Source of the DNA: Eledone cirrhosa
Taxonomy: Eukaryota
Reading direction: 5' to 3'
DNA: 64,000 bases
Assembly: GCA_964016885.1 (NCBI GenBank)
Contig: OZ024743.1
Coordinates: 21,948,001-22,012,000 of the forward strand
Both the position numbers and the translations under genes were made by a program. Of the stretch, positions 14,286-27,800 are shown piece after piece. Numbering within the stretch: the first letter of the stretch is position 1; every line of letters starts with the position of its first letter. Below the pieces are notes generated by a model. The model had not been told where the DNA came from. It made no database searches and saw only the letters and a list, made by a program, of their open reading frames with translations.

Positions 14286-16699
14286 AAAGATTAATACCAT
14301 CCAAGAACGGTCCGCTGTGCAAGACAGACCTCAACGGAAATCAAGAAACAGAAATACCCAGTTCTTCCGTGCTACAAACTTGTAACTTTCTGCCAATGTT
14401 TGAAACCTTTATTAACACATTCATTTCAGTAGACATTAAGTTTTTCTGGCATCAAACAAAAAAAATCTATTTCCCCTCTCCGAAATTTCTTTTTTAAGAA
14501 CAGTATTTTTGTCTTGTATTATATGTATAGTATATATTGGACTTCCGTCAGTTCCGACGACGTGTGATTCAGTTGATGCAATCAACGGAACAGCTTGTTC
14601 GTGAAATTAATGTGGAAGTGGCTGAGCCTTCCACAGACACGTGTACCATAACGTATTTTTCTAGGAGAATCAGCGTAACGCATGGTGGCGCAAAGGTGGG
14701 TCTTTAAACTCGCTTTTGCCAGCTGAATGAAATAAGGTGTTTTGTTTAAGGACAAAATGCTCCGTCAGGAATCAAACTCACAACTATGATTGTGAACTGA
14801 TCACCCTACCCACTTAGCCACGTGTCTTCACTTTATATTATATAGGCAAATAAACATACACGATATGTTTATGTTCAATGAACATATATGTAGTCTCGCT
14901 ATGAGTATTTTAAGTTGTGATCATATCATAACTACCTTAGTGTCGGTGTGTGTATGGTCCCATAACCTCTGATAGAGTCGGAGGGGCGCCATATTAACAT
15001 ACGGCGTTTCTTAGCCATTTTAAGCCTGGCAGAGATCATCCCTCTCCAGGTCTGGGTTCAGCAGATCTCTTCCAGAGAAAGGAAGAATCGAACCCAGTAC
15101 TAGACTGGGACTTTTTTATCGACCTTCAAAAGATAAAAGCAAAGTTGACTTCGGCGGGATTTGAACTCAGAGAGCAGAAACGTAAAAGTGCTGTATACAT
15201 GTATTTCAGAATTATTATTCATTATCAGTAAGCGTTTACTTACTCTCGTATAGAGTTCATATTTGTAATCCTTTTCTTTTGTAATATGGAGAAGATACTG
15301 CAATAAACGATAAATCTCCACTAATTCTAGCAATCAAACATCTCCCTCCCGTTACACACCCGCTCCATCTAGAATGAGTAGAACCATACACTACATCATG
15401 TTATTCTAAAACTAAAAATGCTGAAGTAGTTTTGATCATAGGTCTACTTGATCAGGATGAACCTGGACTACATAAAAGCAACAACAATAATGACATCATC
15501 AGCAGCAGTTACAGCAACAACAATAACAACAACCACAAGGCAATGAAACATTTCCAGCCTACGCGGAATGGTGGATCAACAGAGTTGTTAAAGCATCAGA
15601 CAAATGTTTTGTGTTATTTGTTACTTTTCTTTATATTGTGAGTTCAAATCCCGCCGAGGTCAACTTTACCTTTCATCCTTCAAGGGCTGCTAAAATATAG
15701 CACCAGGGTCGATTTAATTAACTTTCCCTTCCTTCAAATTACTGGCATAGTGTCTAAATTAGAAATTATTCTGGGGTCAATAAAAAAAAATAATATGAAT
15801 CAAGTACTGGGGCTGATTTAATCATCTCTGACCTTTCCCCAAATTTGCTGGCTTTGTGCCTAAATTAGAAATCAATGAAGGATTTTGAACCAACCAGAGA
15901 ACCCTTACGGGAATCACCCGACATGCTACAAACCGAAATTTAATATATCTCGAATCTTACCTACCATCTTAAAAACAACAACAAAAGACATATTAGATAT
16001 GGGATTCTAGATACATTACATTACATTAAATCCGAAAATATGGTGGCTATGGTTACCAACATCTTTGATCATCATAAATCTAGCGATTAGGGAAGGCGCG
16101 TGGCTTAGTGGTTGGAGAGTTAGGTTCGCAATCGTGAGGTTGCAAGTTCAATTCTCGGACGGGTGATGCGTTGTGTTCTTGAACAAGACATTTTATGTCC
16201 TGTTGCTCCTTCTGCCAGGAGTTGCTACCGATAGATAGTATCAGCAATGGAAAGACCAATGGAAACATTTGACGAGAATCATCCCACTCGGCAAGCGAAT
16301 GAGGTCTGGGATCTTGTCGATCAATCAGAGCGAGATCTACTGCAACTGAGCTGACCTGGGATTAAACGGCAACAACAGCCGACAAAATAACTAACCAATT
16401 AAAAGCTTATATATGCTGCACTTACACAGACACTAGATTTAGGGTTAAGGATTCACTGCAATCCCCGGGAAAGGATTTAGCAGCAGTAAAGCAATTAGTT
16501 ACAAAATATGTGAGTACCTGAAATATTCAATGCTGTGGTTTATTATAAAAACGCCATTCTTCAGAACATCTCAGATTTCAACAATTATGGTTTTAGTGTA
16601 AGTTACTTCAATCTAGCTATTACATTGTCTGCATATTGGAGTTGAGAGTACAGCCATTAATATTTCTGTCTTCTTGTCTTGTCTTCCTTTCCTGCCTCA

Positions 16700-16729
16700 C
16701 CCCCATCTCTCTCTCTCTCCCTCTCTCTC

Positions 16730-16779
<50 letters not shown>

Positions 16780-17065
16780 ACACATACTCTCGCTCTCTCT
16801 CTTTCTCTCTCCCAATCACATTCTCTCTCTCCTCTGACCCCTTCGTTCTTTCTTTTTTTTTCTTAATCTTTCATTCATTCCTTCTTTCTTTCTCTATCGT
16901 TTCTCTTTCTTTTTCTATATTGCATGTTTTCTTTCCTTTCTTATTTTTTTCTCTCATTATTCTTTTCCCCTCTTTTTCCATTCATTCATTTTTGCTTTTT
17001 CCCTTCTTTTTTTATGTATTTTCCTAGCGTTTCTCTTTCTATTTTTATATCGTATATTTTCTTTC

Positions 17066-17156
<91 letters not shown>

Positions 17157-17450
17157 CTATCGATCTATCAATATCTCTCTCTCTCTCTATTTATCTATCT
17201 CTCTACCTATCAATCTCTCTCTTTACCTATCTATCTATCTACCAATCTCTCTCTCTCTCTCTCCTCTCTTTCACTTTTTATCTATTTATTTATTACATAC
17301 TTACTTGCCTGTTTACTTGCATTTCTTGTGGGGGTTTTTTCTCATTTCTGTCATTCTTTCTTTTCTTCTTTTTCTTATTTTTTTCTCGACTTGCTTTATC
17401 TTTACTTTTCTTTTTTCTTTTTCTGGTTCTCTTGAAGTTGCTTGGCATTA
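16700..17450. repeat. (CT)n/(CTAT)n and pyrimidine-rich low-complexity tract
   Basis: Direct inspection. Confidence 0.9.
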
Positions 17451-18599
17451 AAGTAGAGTGAAATAGAAGTAGTAATATAACTAATTGACGAGGCTGTATC
17501 AAATGTACGAAAAGTCGATATACATTGTAATGATTGACTTTCAATTCAAATTACGCCATCTGCTCTGTAAATGGCAATGTTTCTTAAGTCTACTTACTAT
17601 CGCAAAGCATGTCTCTTATTTATTCTACTGATCAAAAAGATTTACTTGAAATCGATAAATTTCCTGATACGCTCTTTCGAACGAAACAAGTCCTTCTTGT
17701 CCTCGGCTGTCGGTTTTTGATGATGATCGACCGTAAACCACGATTATGTTTTATATTGTGTGTATTGTTAGCTGGTCTTAATTTAGATTAATCGAATCGT
17801 TAAGGAAAGGCCAAAGTAATAACTGTTTGTTGTATCTGTTTATTTTGTGTATTTTTTTCTTCTTTTTTTTTTGCCAATTTCTTTTCTTGCTTCTCTTTTG
17901 TTATTTCCAACAACAATCATATTTGGCAAATTTTCTTCCAAAACTATGAAGCAAATATCTGTAATTACGGCCGATATTATCAGTCGATCTATATATTCAA
18001 GAAGAATAGATGCTTATATAGTTAGTTTACAAAAGACAGTTTATAAACAAATCGGAAGTAACGTCTTTGTGTGAACATATTGCGCCATATAACTTTAATT
18101 TATCATTCTTACAGCTCAATATGTTATTGTAATCACAGATAAATAATTAAGTACAAGGCTCCAATTTCCCTCTGTTTGTTGGAAGCCAATTGCTTGTTTG
18201 CTTCTAAGTTTTATTGTTTTCTGTTCTTTTTATTTCTATTTTTCTCTTCCTGATTAAATTATGCTTCCTTCTTCAAGATGAAAATAACAGCCAAAGCAAA
18301 GTCAATGGGAACAGAGTTAACACTTTTATTTCTTGACAATTTCTATATTAGATATCGCCACACTATAATCTTCGGCTGTTCATTATATGTAAATATTATA
18401 TAGAAAAAGAAAAACATAGTTTTAAACTAAAAAGGATCCACATATGTGTCCAATATACACACACACGTATATATGTGTGTGTGTATCAGATAGCGGTATT
18501 GATTTAATCGATTAAATCCTTCCATCAAATTCATGGCCCTGTATCTACGTTAGAATCAACAACAACAACAATAGGCTATACTATAAGAGCCGTGTCTAT

Positions 18600-19033
18600 A
18601 ATAATTGTTTCTATTTTTGGCACAAGGCCAGCAATTATCCCAGTGCATTACTGGTACTTTATTTTATCGACCCCGTAAAGATGAAAGGCAAAGTTAACCT
18701 CGGCGGGATTAGAACTCAGACCGTAAAGCGGCGTAACTCGATGCTGCAAAGCATGGCGTCCGACCTTCTACCGATACTGCCAATCCACCGCCCGTCTGTA
18801 ATAATAATAATAATGATTTCTAGTTTAGGCACAAGGCCAGTAATTTGGTGGGGGAGACGATTAAATCGACCCCAGAACATTACTGGTGCTTTATTTTATC
18901 GACCCAGTAAGGATGAAAGGCAAAGTTAACCTCGGTGGGATTGAAACTCAGAACGTAAAGGGCCGTAACTCTATGCTGCAACGCATGACGTCCGACTTTC
19001 TACCGATACTGCTAATCCACCGCCCGTGTCAAT

Positions 19034-19096
<63 letters not shown>

Positions 19097-19228
19097 TGTT
19101 TCTACTTTAGGCACAAGGCCAGCAAATTACCCAGTGCATTACTGGTACTTTTATTTTATCGACCCCGTAAGGATGAAAGGCAAAGTCAACCTCGGCGGGA
19201 TTTGAACTCAGATCGTAAAGGGACGTAT
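18600..19228 (-). mobile_element. Three tandem SINE copies separated by (AAT)n
   Basis: Copies at ~18600-18795, 18810-19025 and 19090-19228. Confidence 0.85.
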
Positions 19229-19237
19229 AATAATAAT

Positions 19238-19502
19238 GATACCTAAGGGGTCTAATGATTACTTATCGCAAATCCCAGGAAACCCGCGTATAGGAGAAAT
19301 ACAAAAGATAGTACTAATGGGAACTGCCCATATACTAAGGAAGATTCTGTCAATATAAGTACATCACAAGTCTAAACACTAAAGATGCATGTGTGAGTAT
19401 GTATGTTCTTTCTTGAACATGGCGGACCTTGTTGTCTCTTGAGGTCACTGGTTGTGACTTGGTGATAACTCGTATGAACATAAAGCAAGATAAATGCAAC
19501 TG
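19238..19502 (+). mobile_element. R4/Dong-like non-LTR element 3' end, flanked by (TAA)n
   Basis: Translates PKGSNDYLSQIPGNPRIGEIQKIVLMGTAHILRKILSI*, the typical C-terminus of REL-type R4-clade elements; 3' UTR ends in TAA repeats. Confidence 0.75.
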
Positions 19503-19749
19503 TAATAATAATAATAATGCTTTCTTTATTAACCACAAGGGTTTACATAAAGTAGACATTAAGGACAGTACAGGACGGTACAAATGGGGATTTCTGCGTG
19601 TAAAAAATAAAAACAAAGGATGTAACAAAAAAAAAATAACAATGAAAAATTCCCCAATACGGGGGAGACTTCCGAGGGACATTCATGGAGAAAGCCCATT
19701 AAAAAGCCACAGTGACCCTGACCATCAGGGCAAGTGCCCTCTCCCAGTT

Positions 19750-22700
19750 TTCTACCTTTAATTTACAGACACATACTCAGAGTAGGCCCATTCACTCGGG
19801 CCATTCTTGCCTCTCTCACCCATCTTTCAACAAAATGCTGGGAAGAAAACACTTCCCTCTCTACCCTGATTTTCCTTTTCAAATGAAATTTGAAAAGTTA
19901 ATCAGGGCATCACCGAAGAGGTAAGTGCTCGTCTTCAGCCCTTTCAAACGTGTCCACCATACTATCTCTTTCGCTATAGCCACCAGACAGATAAAAACTG
20001 CCTGCCCTTCCCAGCTAAAGGAAGAGGGCGGGGCAATCCTCACGATGGACTCAGCTGATAGCTGGATCCATCCTACACGCGACAGCAGGTGTTCGACATA
20101 AACCCAGAAGTCAGCAATGCTCGGACACTGGACGAGTGCGTGCAGGATGGTTTCGTCGCCCTGCGCGCATCTCGGACATGCCCGGCTAACGGCACCTCCA
20201 TGCCTGTAGAGTTTATCCCGAACTGGCAAAGCTCCTCGGTAGCACTGCCAGGCCAGAGATTTCTGGAAGTTGTCCATAGGCCCCGGCCCGAAAGTTCTTC
20301 CGAAAAAATTGGCTAGTTGATTTTTGTCGACGCCTAGAGTTTCCCCAAGTACGTCGTCGCTCTTCCCCTCCACTAATCCTCTATAGAACGCCAAGGTGGA
20401 GTTTCCACCGATCACATTGCCCGATTGGTCGAGGGCTGTAAGCGCCTGAAGACATTCCAGTCTCCAAGCGCTCCCTCTCGGTCTTCGCTTGACCCAGTAC
20501 TGCAGCTCCGTCAAGGAGACGAGCTGGGGAAAGACGCGTCTAGCAAACGACGACCACACCTGATCACCGTCGAGGAAGAGGTAGAGATGTCGTAGCCTGA
20601 GCGCGTGTCTGCGCATCATCAGCGACGGCATGGCCAGTCCTCCACGTAGCGGGTGTTGACAGCAGAAGGACCGCCTGACCATCGGAGCGCGTCCCTTCCA
20701 CAAAAAGCGAAAGAGCAAACGCTCCAGCGCAGTCAGGTGGGGCTTAGGACAAAGTACGACGGTCAGGCGGTAGTAGATGACGGACGCGATGTACGCGTTA
20801 GCCACCTCCGCTCGACCTTTCAGGGATAGCTTCCTCTCCGCCCATTTCTGGGTGAGAGAAGCCACCCTGCTCGTCACCTCCTCCCAGTTGTTGTCCGTCT
20901 GGAGGTCCGGAGCGAACCAGACCCCTAGCAATTTAACCGACTGACGACGCTGTTGGACGGCATGGACCTGCCTCTACAGGTGCCAAGCTTCAGGTCCACT
21001 GACTTTTCCTGGTTGATCATTGCTCCTGTCACCGCTTCGTATTCTCTTAGTATAGTGCCGATCTCCTCGATGTGTTTGGCATTCCACACCACTACGGTGA
21101 CATCGTCCGCATATGCTGACACGGATCTTCCGCATCCTAGTTCGCGCGGGTCCCTCCTCAACGTCTCCAGTTTGTGCAGTAATGGCTCGAGAGACAATAC
21201 GTACAAGAGGGACGAGAGGGGACATCCTTGGCGGACCGAGCGCATGATGTTGAACGGTTCCGAAAGGTGACCGTTCACTCACACCACAGAGCAGATGTCG
21301 CTGTGCATGGCAGCGATCCAGCCTCTGAAGACGGGCCCAAAGCCAGGCCGCCCTCAGGACTGCCGCTAGGTAACGATGGTCGACCCTATCGATAGCTTTC
21401 GACTGATCTAAATTGATCAAGGACCCACCCGTGCCAGGTTCACTAGCTACCCTCTCCACGATGTATCGCATGAGGTGGAAGTTATCGTGGATGGATCTGT
21501 CGGGAATGGCGCATGTCTGCGCCTCTCCCACCAGACCACCAACGATAAGCGCCAACCTCTTTTCTAGCACCTTGGCCAAAATCTTGAACTCTGTGTTTAG
21601 CAGAGTTATGGGCCTGAAATTATCTATGTTATCCCCCTTGTTCGGATCTTTTCTCAGCAGCGCCACTGCTCCTCGGCTCACAGAGCTGGGAATTCTCCCG
21701 TTCTGTTGCCAGTTGCAATAGACGTCCGCCAAGAGGCCTCCGAACAAGTCTGGCATCTGTACGTAAAGTTCATAGGGCAGACCATCCAAACCAGGCGATT
21801 TACCCCTTGTGCAACCAGTCATTGCCTCCTGTACTTCAGCGGCTGTTATCGGCTTTTCGCAACACTCCGCCTCAGTGGCCGAGAGCCGCGGCAGTCCGTC
21901 GAGGGAGACACTAAAATCAATCCCTCGATCCGACCCGCCACTGCCCCCGAACAGCTGAGCAAAGTGTCGCTGAAAAGGTTCACACATTTGCCCGGGATCG
22001 AGTAGCATGAGCCCGTCGTGGTCCACCAAAGACCGGATCGTGGCTTTCTTGCCACGACGCGCCTGCGCCACTCGGGCCCATTGAACGGCTTTCATCCCCT
22101 CGTGTCTGAGAGCACGCACCCAAGCTCTGACAACGCAGCCTTCGTACTTTGCATTGAAGAATTGGTCAAGGGCCAATTTCGCCGCAAGTACGTCGGTCGC
22201 GATGCCTTTGCTAAGCGCCTCGTCAAATTTTCTAACTAGTTCTCCCTCTGCTCTATTTTTCTATATAGCTAAGCCTTACTAAACCTAATGGATTCTATTC
22301 TAATCGCTCGTTTCAGAGCAAACCTGAGCAAACGCCTGAGCAGGTTGGTGAGGCTCTTGCATCCTCATCCCCTATCCGCTAATCCCACACAGTTCCAGCG
22401 TGCATCTATATCCCGTTCCAGTCGCCCACTAATACTAAAGAGCGGGACGTTCCAAGAAAGGTCTCCAGACGCCGGAAGAAATCAGGCCGCCCTGCTCCTC
22501 TCGGCGCATAGACTGCCGCTAGCCTGAAATCTTGCCCGTCTCCGCTGGTCACGTCCAGCACCACCAACTTACCCTCTGGGTCCAGGAAGATGGCCTGTAT
22601 GGCGAGATCCAAACCTCTCCGAAAAAGCACAGCAACTCCTCCCCCCGATCCAGGACGGCTGGGAGATGCGTACACATCGTAGCCGCCGAAGATCGGTGCG

Positions 22701-22843
22701 AAGGCCCGTGCTTCGGAGATTCTGGTCTCGCTGATGGCCACTACATCTATGTTTAGTGATCTGAGGTCGTTGAGCAGGTCGCCCTTCTTCCATGACGATC
22801 CCAAGCCACGCGCATTTATGCTGCCTATTCTGAGTAAGGTCAT
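19750..22843 (-). pseudogene. ORF2 (APE endonuclease-reverse transcriptase-zf-RVT), frameshifted
   Basis: ORFs 22406..22843, 20974..22176, 20925..21278 and 19879..20931. Confidence 0.9.
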
Positions 22844-22877
22844 GTTGAAATGGAGTGGAAAAGATGGGAAAGACCAC

Positions 22878-24762
22878 TTACCTTACTTCTCGTAGACGAA
22901 GGATGGTTTCTCCATCCTTTTCACTGCTTGTGGCCGCCTCCGGAAGGATGTCCTTATAAATCCTCCTGGAGAGTGCTTGTCGGAAGTCTCCGATGTCTTT
23001 GAGGAATTTTTGTTTTAGTGTCGTGTAAGTTTTCTGTGTGATGCGAGTGATTTGTATGTGTGTAGGTGGTGCGAACTTTTGGGTTGTTGTGTAGTCCTTT
23101 TCTGTGATGCTGGTGTTGTGTTGGATGTAGTGTAATAATTGGTTGTTGTCAAATTTATTGCTGTGTAGTGTGTATCGTTTTGGTTCTTTTATTTTGTTTG
23201 CGTTTGTTGTGCGTTTGTTTCTGTTTCGCTTTTTGGTGACTTTTGTGGTGTAGGTGATGGTGGTGTTGGGGTTAATGATGGTGGTGGTGTTGGTGTTTGT
23301 GGTGATGGGGTTGGTGATGCTGGTGTGGATGGTGGCATAGCTGTCCTAACTTTTTTGTTTGATAGTTTGTTTCCTTCTGTATTTTGTTTTTGGAGGGGGA
23401 AGGAAGGGGATTTTTTCTATTTTGGCTTCTTTTTTTTTTCTTTTTTTTCTGATACCGTTTCCCACTCCTCGTCGTCACAATCTGTCTCCAGTTTCGATAG
23501 GTCGGGAGTGGAAAATCCTCCACAGGCGTTGGTTTTCGTTGTGGCGTGGTGGATGGTGTAGGCGCTGGTGCTAGTTCTGGCGCGTTGAGTGGTGGTGGTG
23601 TTGGTTTTGCTACTGTTGCTGCTAAAGCTGCTTCTGTTGTTGCTGCAATTTCTGCTGCTGGTGGTGTTGATGGTTGAGTCACTGGGGTGGGTAAGAGAGG
23701 TGGCCTCAACCTTTTAGCCTGAGGGCAGAAAGCCCTTAGGTGGGTTCCTTCACCACAAACGACACACCTAGGTCTTCTACCCTCGACTATTACAGTGAGG
23801 TGGCTGCCGTCAGTGAGGTCTATTACCTCTGGGATCTCCTCAATGCTTTTTGGTCCGCTTGGATCAGGAGCTCCATCCCAGATCCGGACCAGTCTCCTGT
23901 TTTTCTTTTGCTATTTCTATTATTTTGGTGTTGGCCTCGATGACGGCGAGGACGACAGCCATTAGCCAGGGAATTTCGATGGCCGGTGGAATGTGGGTCA
24001 CCCTGATCTTTACGAGTCTCGGGCCACAATAGCTTGGGACGAGTGTGAAGTCGTCGCTTCTTAATGGGGTCATGGAGTGCTCTCTGGCCTCCTGTGGTGT
24101 TCCAAAGAACACGTCCACGGTTCCATATTTCTGGCCACGTCTGATGTGGGTTTTTTTTGCTTTTTGGATTTGGGACTCGGATGCCCGTTCCACTCGGCGC
24201 GCTTTTATGTTAATCGTCCGATAAGACACGGTGCATAGGCGCCGATGCTCCATTTTATTTGGTGGGGGGGGGGGGGTGATTCTGTACCCATCTTTCTTTA
24301 CCATTCTCTTGGCTTCATCTAGTTCCTCCTGAGTTACCTGGGTTGTTTCGCATTTTTTAGCTGCTTTGGCAAATGACACGATGTTGTTATTTTCATTGTT
24401 GGTGTTGCTGTTGTTGTTATTGTTAGTTTTGTTATTGTTATTTTTAGTTTCAGTTGTGGTGGTGGTGTCAGTGGTGTTCGGTGTGGAAGAGTCCATTCTG
24501 GGTGAATCCATTTCGATGTCTCGAGATAATTTATTTTTTTCTTTTGTTTCTGTTGTCGCTGTGGTTGTGTGTGTGGGGGGGGGGGGTCGGTTTCAACACC
24601 TGCAGTCATTGGTAATGGCGGGAAATGAATGTCTGCATGAGACAAATTTAAATTATTGCTACTGCTTATATTTTTAGTGTTGGCAAACGTAGTAATATTT
24701 ACAATGGTGGTGTCGATGTGAGGTGTTAGTTTGTGAGGGAGGTGTGGCTGTGAGTCGTCCAT
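22878..24762 (-). pseudogene. ORF1 (gag-like, CCHC knuckle, Pro/Thr-rich), frameshifted
   Basis: ORFs 24334..24762, 23864..24511 and 23272..23709; homologous to 63108..63836, which carries CVVCGEGTHLRAFC. Confidence 0.75.
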
Positions 24763-24870
24763 GATTTTTTCAAAGAAATTTTTTGTTTGATAATTATAAA
24801 AGTTTAAATTTTGGGCTCAAGGCCCCAATCTTTTTGAGTGTCCTTTTCCGAAAGAAAATTCAGAACAGTG

Positions 24871-27800
24871 GGGGTTTACAATAAGGTCGAGTAAAAGTGC
24901 ACAATGGCAAGACTAATTTAACAATGAAAATATAAAAATATAAAATAAACTATGCATAAATATAACAAAATAAATTCCCCGATAGGGGGTGGACGACCCT
25001 GGGGTGATTCGGGTACCCCACCAATCCTGAACCACCCTGCGCTTCTAGGGCACCCAGGAGAGCACCCCTCTCCTCAAGTTAGCCAGCCTATAGGCGCATG
25101 GTCAGAGTAGGTCCATTCACACGAGCCATTCTCGCCACATTCACCCATCTTTTAGCAAATGTACTGGGGGGAAGCACTTCTCTCTCCACCCTCACCCTCC
25201 TTTCCAGGTGAAACTTGAAGAAGTTGATGAGGGATTGGCCGAAGAGAAAAGTATCTATCTTTAGTCCTTTCAACCTGGTCCACCATATAATCTCTTTCGC
25301 AACTGCCACCAGACAGAGGAAAATTTCCTGCTCTTCCTGACCTAAGGAAGGTGGCGGCTCGATCTCCACTATGGACTCGGCCTTTAGCCGGATTCGTTCC
25401 ACACGCGACAGTAGCTGTTCGACATAACTCCACAAGTCAGTAATGCACGGACATTGGACAAGTGCGTGCAGAACGGTTTCGTCGTTCTGTGCGCATCTTG
25501 GGCAGGTCCGTCTGACAGCACTTCCGTGCCTGTAGAGTTTATCCCGAACCGGCAGTGCCCCCCGGCAGCACTGCCAAGCGAGGGATTTCTGGAAATTGTC
25601 CATCGTCCCCGGCTCAAAAGGCCTCCGGTACAGACTGGTCAGTTCGACTTCGTCGAGGCCTAAAGCTTCTCCGAGTGCGTCATCGCACTTGCCCACCACT
25701 AATCTTCTATAGAACTCGAGAGTGGAAGTTCCACTGGTCGCATTGCCAGTTTGGTAGAGGGCAGTGAGTGCCTGGCAACATTCCAGGTGCCAGTCACCCA
25801 GTCTCGGTCTCTTCTTGACCCAGGACTGCAGCTCAGTCAAAGAAATGAGCTGCGGAAAGGCCCGTCTGATAAACCGCGACCATACCTGTTCACCATTGAG
25901 GCAGAATATCTGGAGATGTCGCAGCCTCAACGCATGTCTGCGCATCATTAGCCACGGCATGCCCAGCCCTCCACGTAGAGTGTGCTGGTAGCAAATGGAC
26001 CTCCTCACCAACGGAACTTGTCCCCTCCACAAGAATTTGAAGCGGAGCCGTTCCAGCTTGACGAGGCGCGGACGGGGGCAAGGCACGACGGTTAGGCAGT
26101 AGTAGATGACGGACGCCATGTACGCATTCGCCACCTCCGCGCGACCTTTCAGTGATAGCTTCCTCCCAGCCCATTTTTGGGTGAGACTGGCTACTCTGCT
26201 CGTTACCTCGTCCCAATTCTTTTCCACCTGGAGGTCTGGTCCGAACCAAACCCCGAGCAACTTTACCGGTCCGTCCGTCCAGCGCCCCACGACGCTGTTG
26301 GACGGCATGGGCTTGCCTCTCCAGGTTCCGAGCTGCAAGCCCACCGACTTTTCCGGGTTGAGTTTGGCTCCTGTCAACCTTTCATATTCCTTCAATAAGG
26401 TGCCGACCACCTCGATTTCTGAGGTGTTCGACACCATCACGGTGATGTCGTCCGCATAAGCCGACACCGCCTTTCCACGTCCCGGTTCGAGCGGGATGCC
26501 CTGCAACCGCTCCAGCTTCCGCAGTAAAGGCTCGAGAGTCAATACGTACAGAAGGGAAGAGAGAGGGCACCCTTGACGGACCAATCGGGAGAGCTGAAAT
26601 GGTTCCGAGAGGTGGCCATTAACCTTGACCACCGAGCGTGTGCCGCTGTGCATTGCAACGATCCAGCTTCTAAAGACAGGGCCGAAGCCAGCTGCTTTGA
26701 GGACAAACTCCAGATACCGATGGTCGACCCTATCGAATGCTTTCGATTGATCTAAATTGATCAGTGCCCCACCGAAGCCAGGTTTACACCCTACCCTCTC
26801 TATGATGTATCGCATGAGGTGGAGATTGTCGTGTATGGACCTGGCTGGGATTGCGCAAGTTTGCGCCTCCCCAACCAAATCCTCGACGACAAGCGCCAAT
26901 CTCTTTGCTAACACCTTGGCCAAAATCTTAAACTCTGTGTTGAGCAGAGTTATGGGCCTGAAGTTGTCTAATGTATCCCTCTTGTTCTCGTCTTTCCTTA
27001 TCAGCGTCACCACTCCCCTGCTCACAGAACTGGGAATACTCCCATTCTGCTGCTAGTTGCAGTAGAGTGCTTCGAGGAGTTCGGAGAACAAGCCTGGCAT
27101 ATTTACGTAAAGCTCGTAGGGCAGGCCATCCAAACCGGGTGACTTGCGCCTCATGCAGCCGACAAGGGCGTCCTGAATTTCGGCTGAAGTAATCGGCCTT
27201 TCGCAGCGCTCAGCGTCGACCGTCGAGATGCACGGCAAGCCGTCAAGGTAGGGACTGAAATCCGCTACCCTCTCTGACTCGCCACTCTCCCTGAACAACC
27301 GAGAAAAGTGCTGGCGAAAGGCCTCACACATCCGCTTGGAATCGCTTATCTCGTGTCCGTCTCAGTCCGCCAAAGACCGAATTGTGGTTTTATTACCACG
27401 CTGCGCCTCCGCCACGCGGGCCCATCGAACAGCTTTAGTTCCCTCGTTTCTCAGCGCACGCGCCTTAGCTCTGACAATACAACCTTCGTGTTTGGCATTG
27501 AAGAATTGGTCTAATGCCATTCTCGCCGCTAGCACGTCAGTTGCGATGCCACTACAAATAGCCTCGTCTAACTTATCTACCAGCTCACCCTCCTTTCTAT
27601 TTTTCTCTAACTCTAGTCCTTTGTTGAACTCTATCGAAGTTACTCTAATCTCTCTTTTGAGAGCCCCCACCATCTGTTGTTGATGATCCCTCCTGTCAAC
27701 TTTTGCTTAACTAAATTGTTGACTCGGTCCCTGTAAGCCTTACGTGCCGGAAATGACATGTTCAGCTTCCAGTAACCCGGTCCTAACCTACGCGTTTTAT

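Larger units (their letters stand above)
19503..24870 (-). mobile_element. Near full-length Tx1/L1-clade LINE, copy A (disrupted)
   Basis: ORF1 pieces 24762-~22878; ORF2 from 22843 (MTLLRIGSINARGL APE, PGLDGLP, NFRPITLLN, QGCPLS, YADD, CPRC..H..C zf); ~330 bp internal APE deletion vs copy C; 3' AATAAA followed by (TTA)n. Confidence 0.92.

Noticed and set aside
16093-16170. tRNA gene
   Set aside because: A/B boxes continue into SINE body sequence and the acceptor stem does not pair; it is a SINE head.
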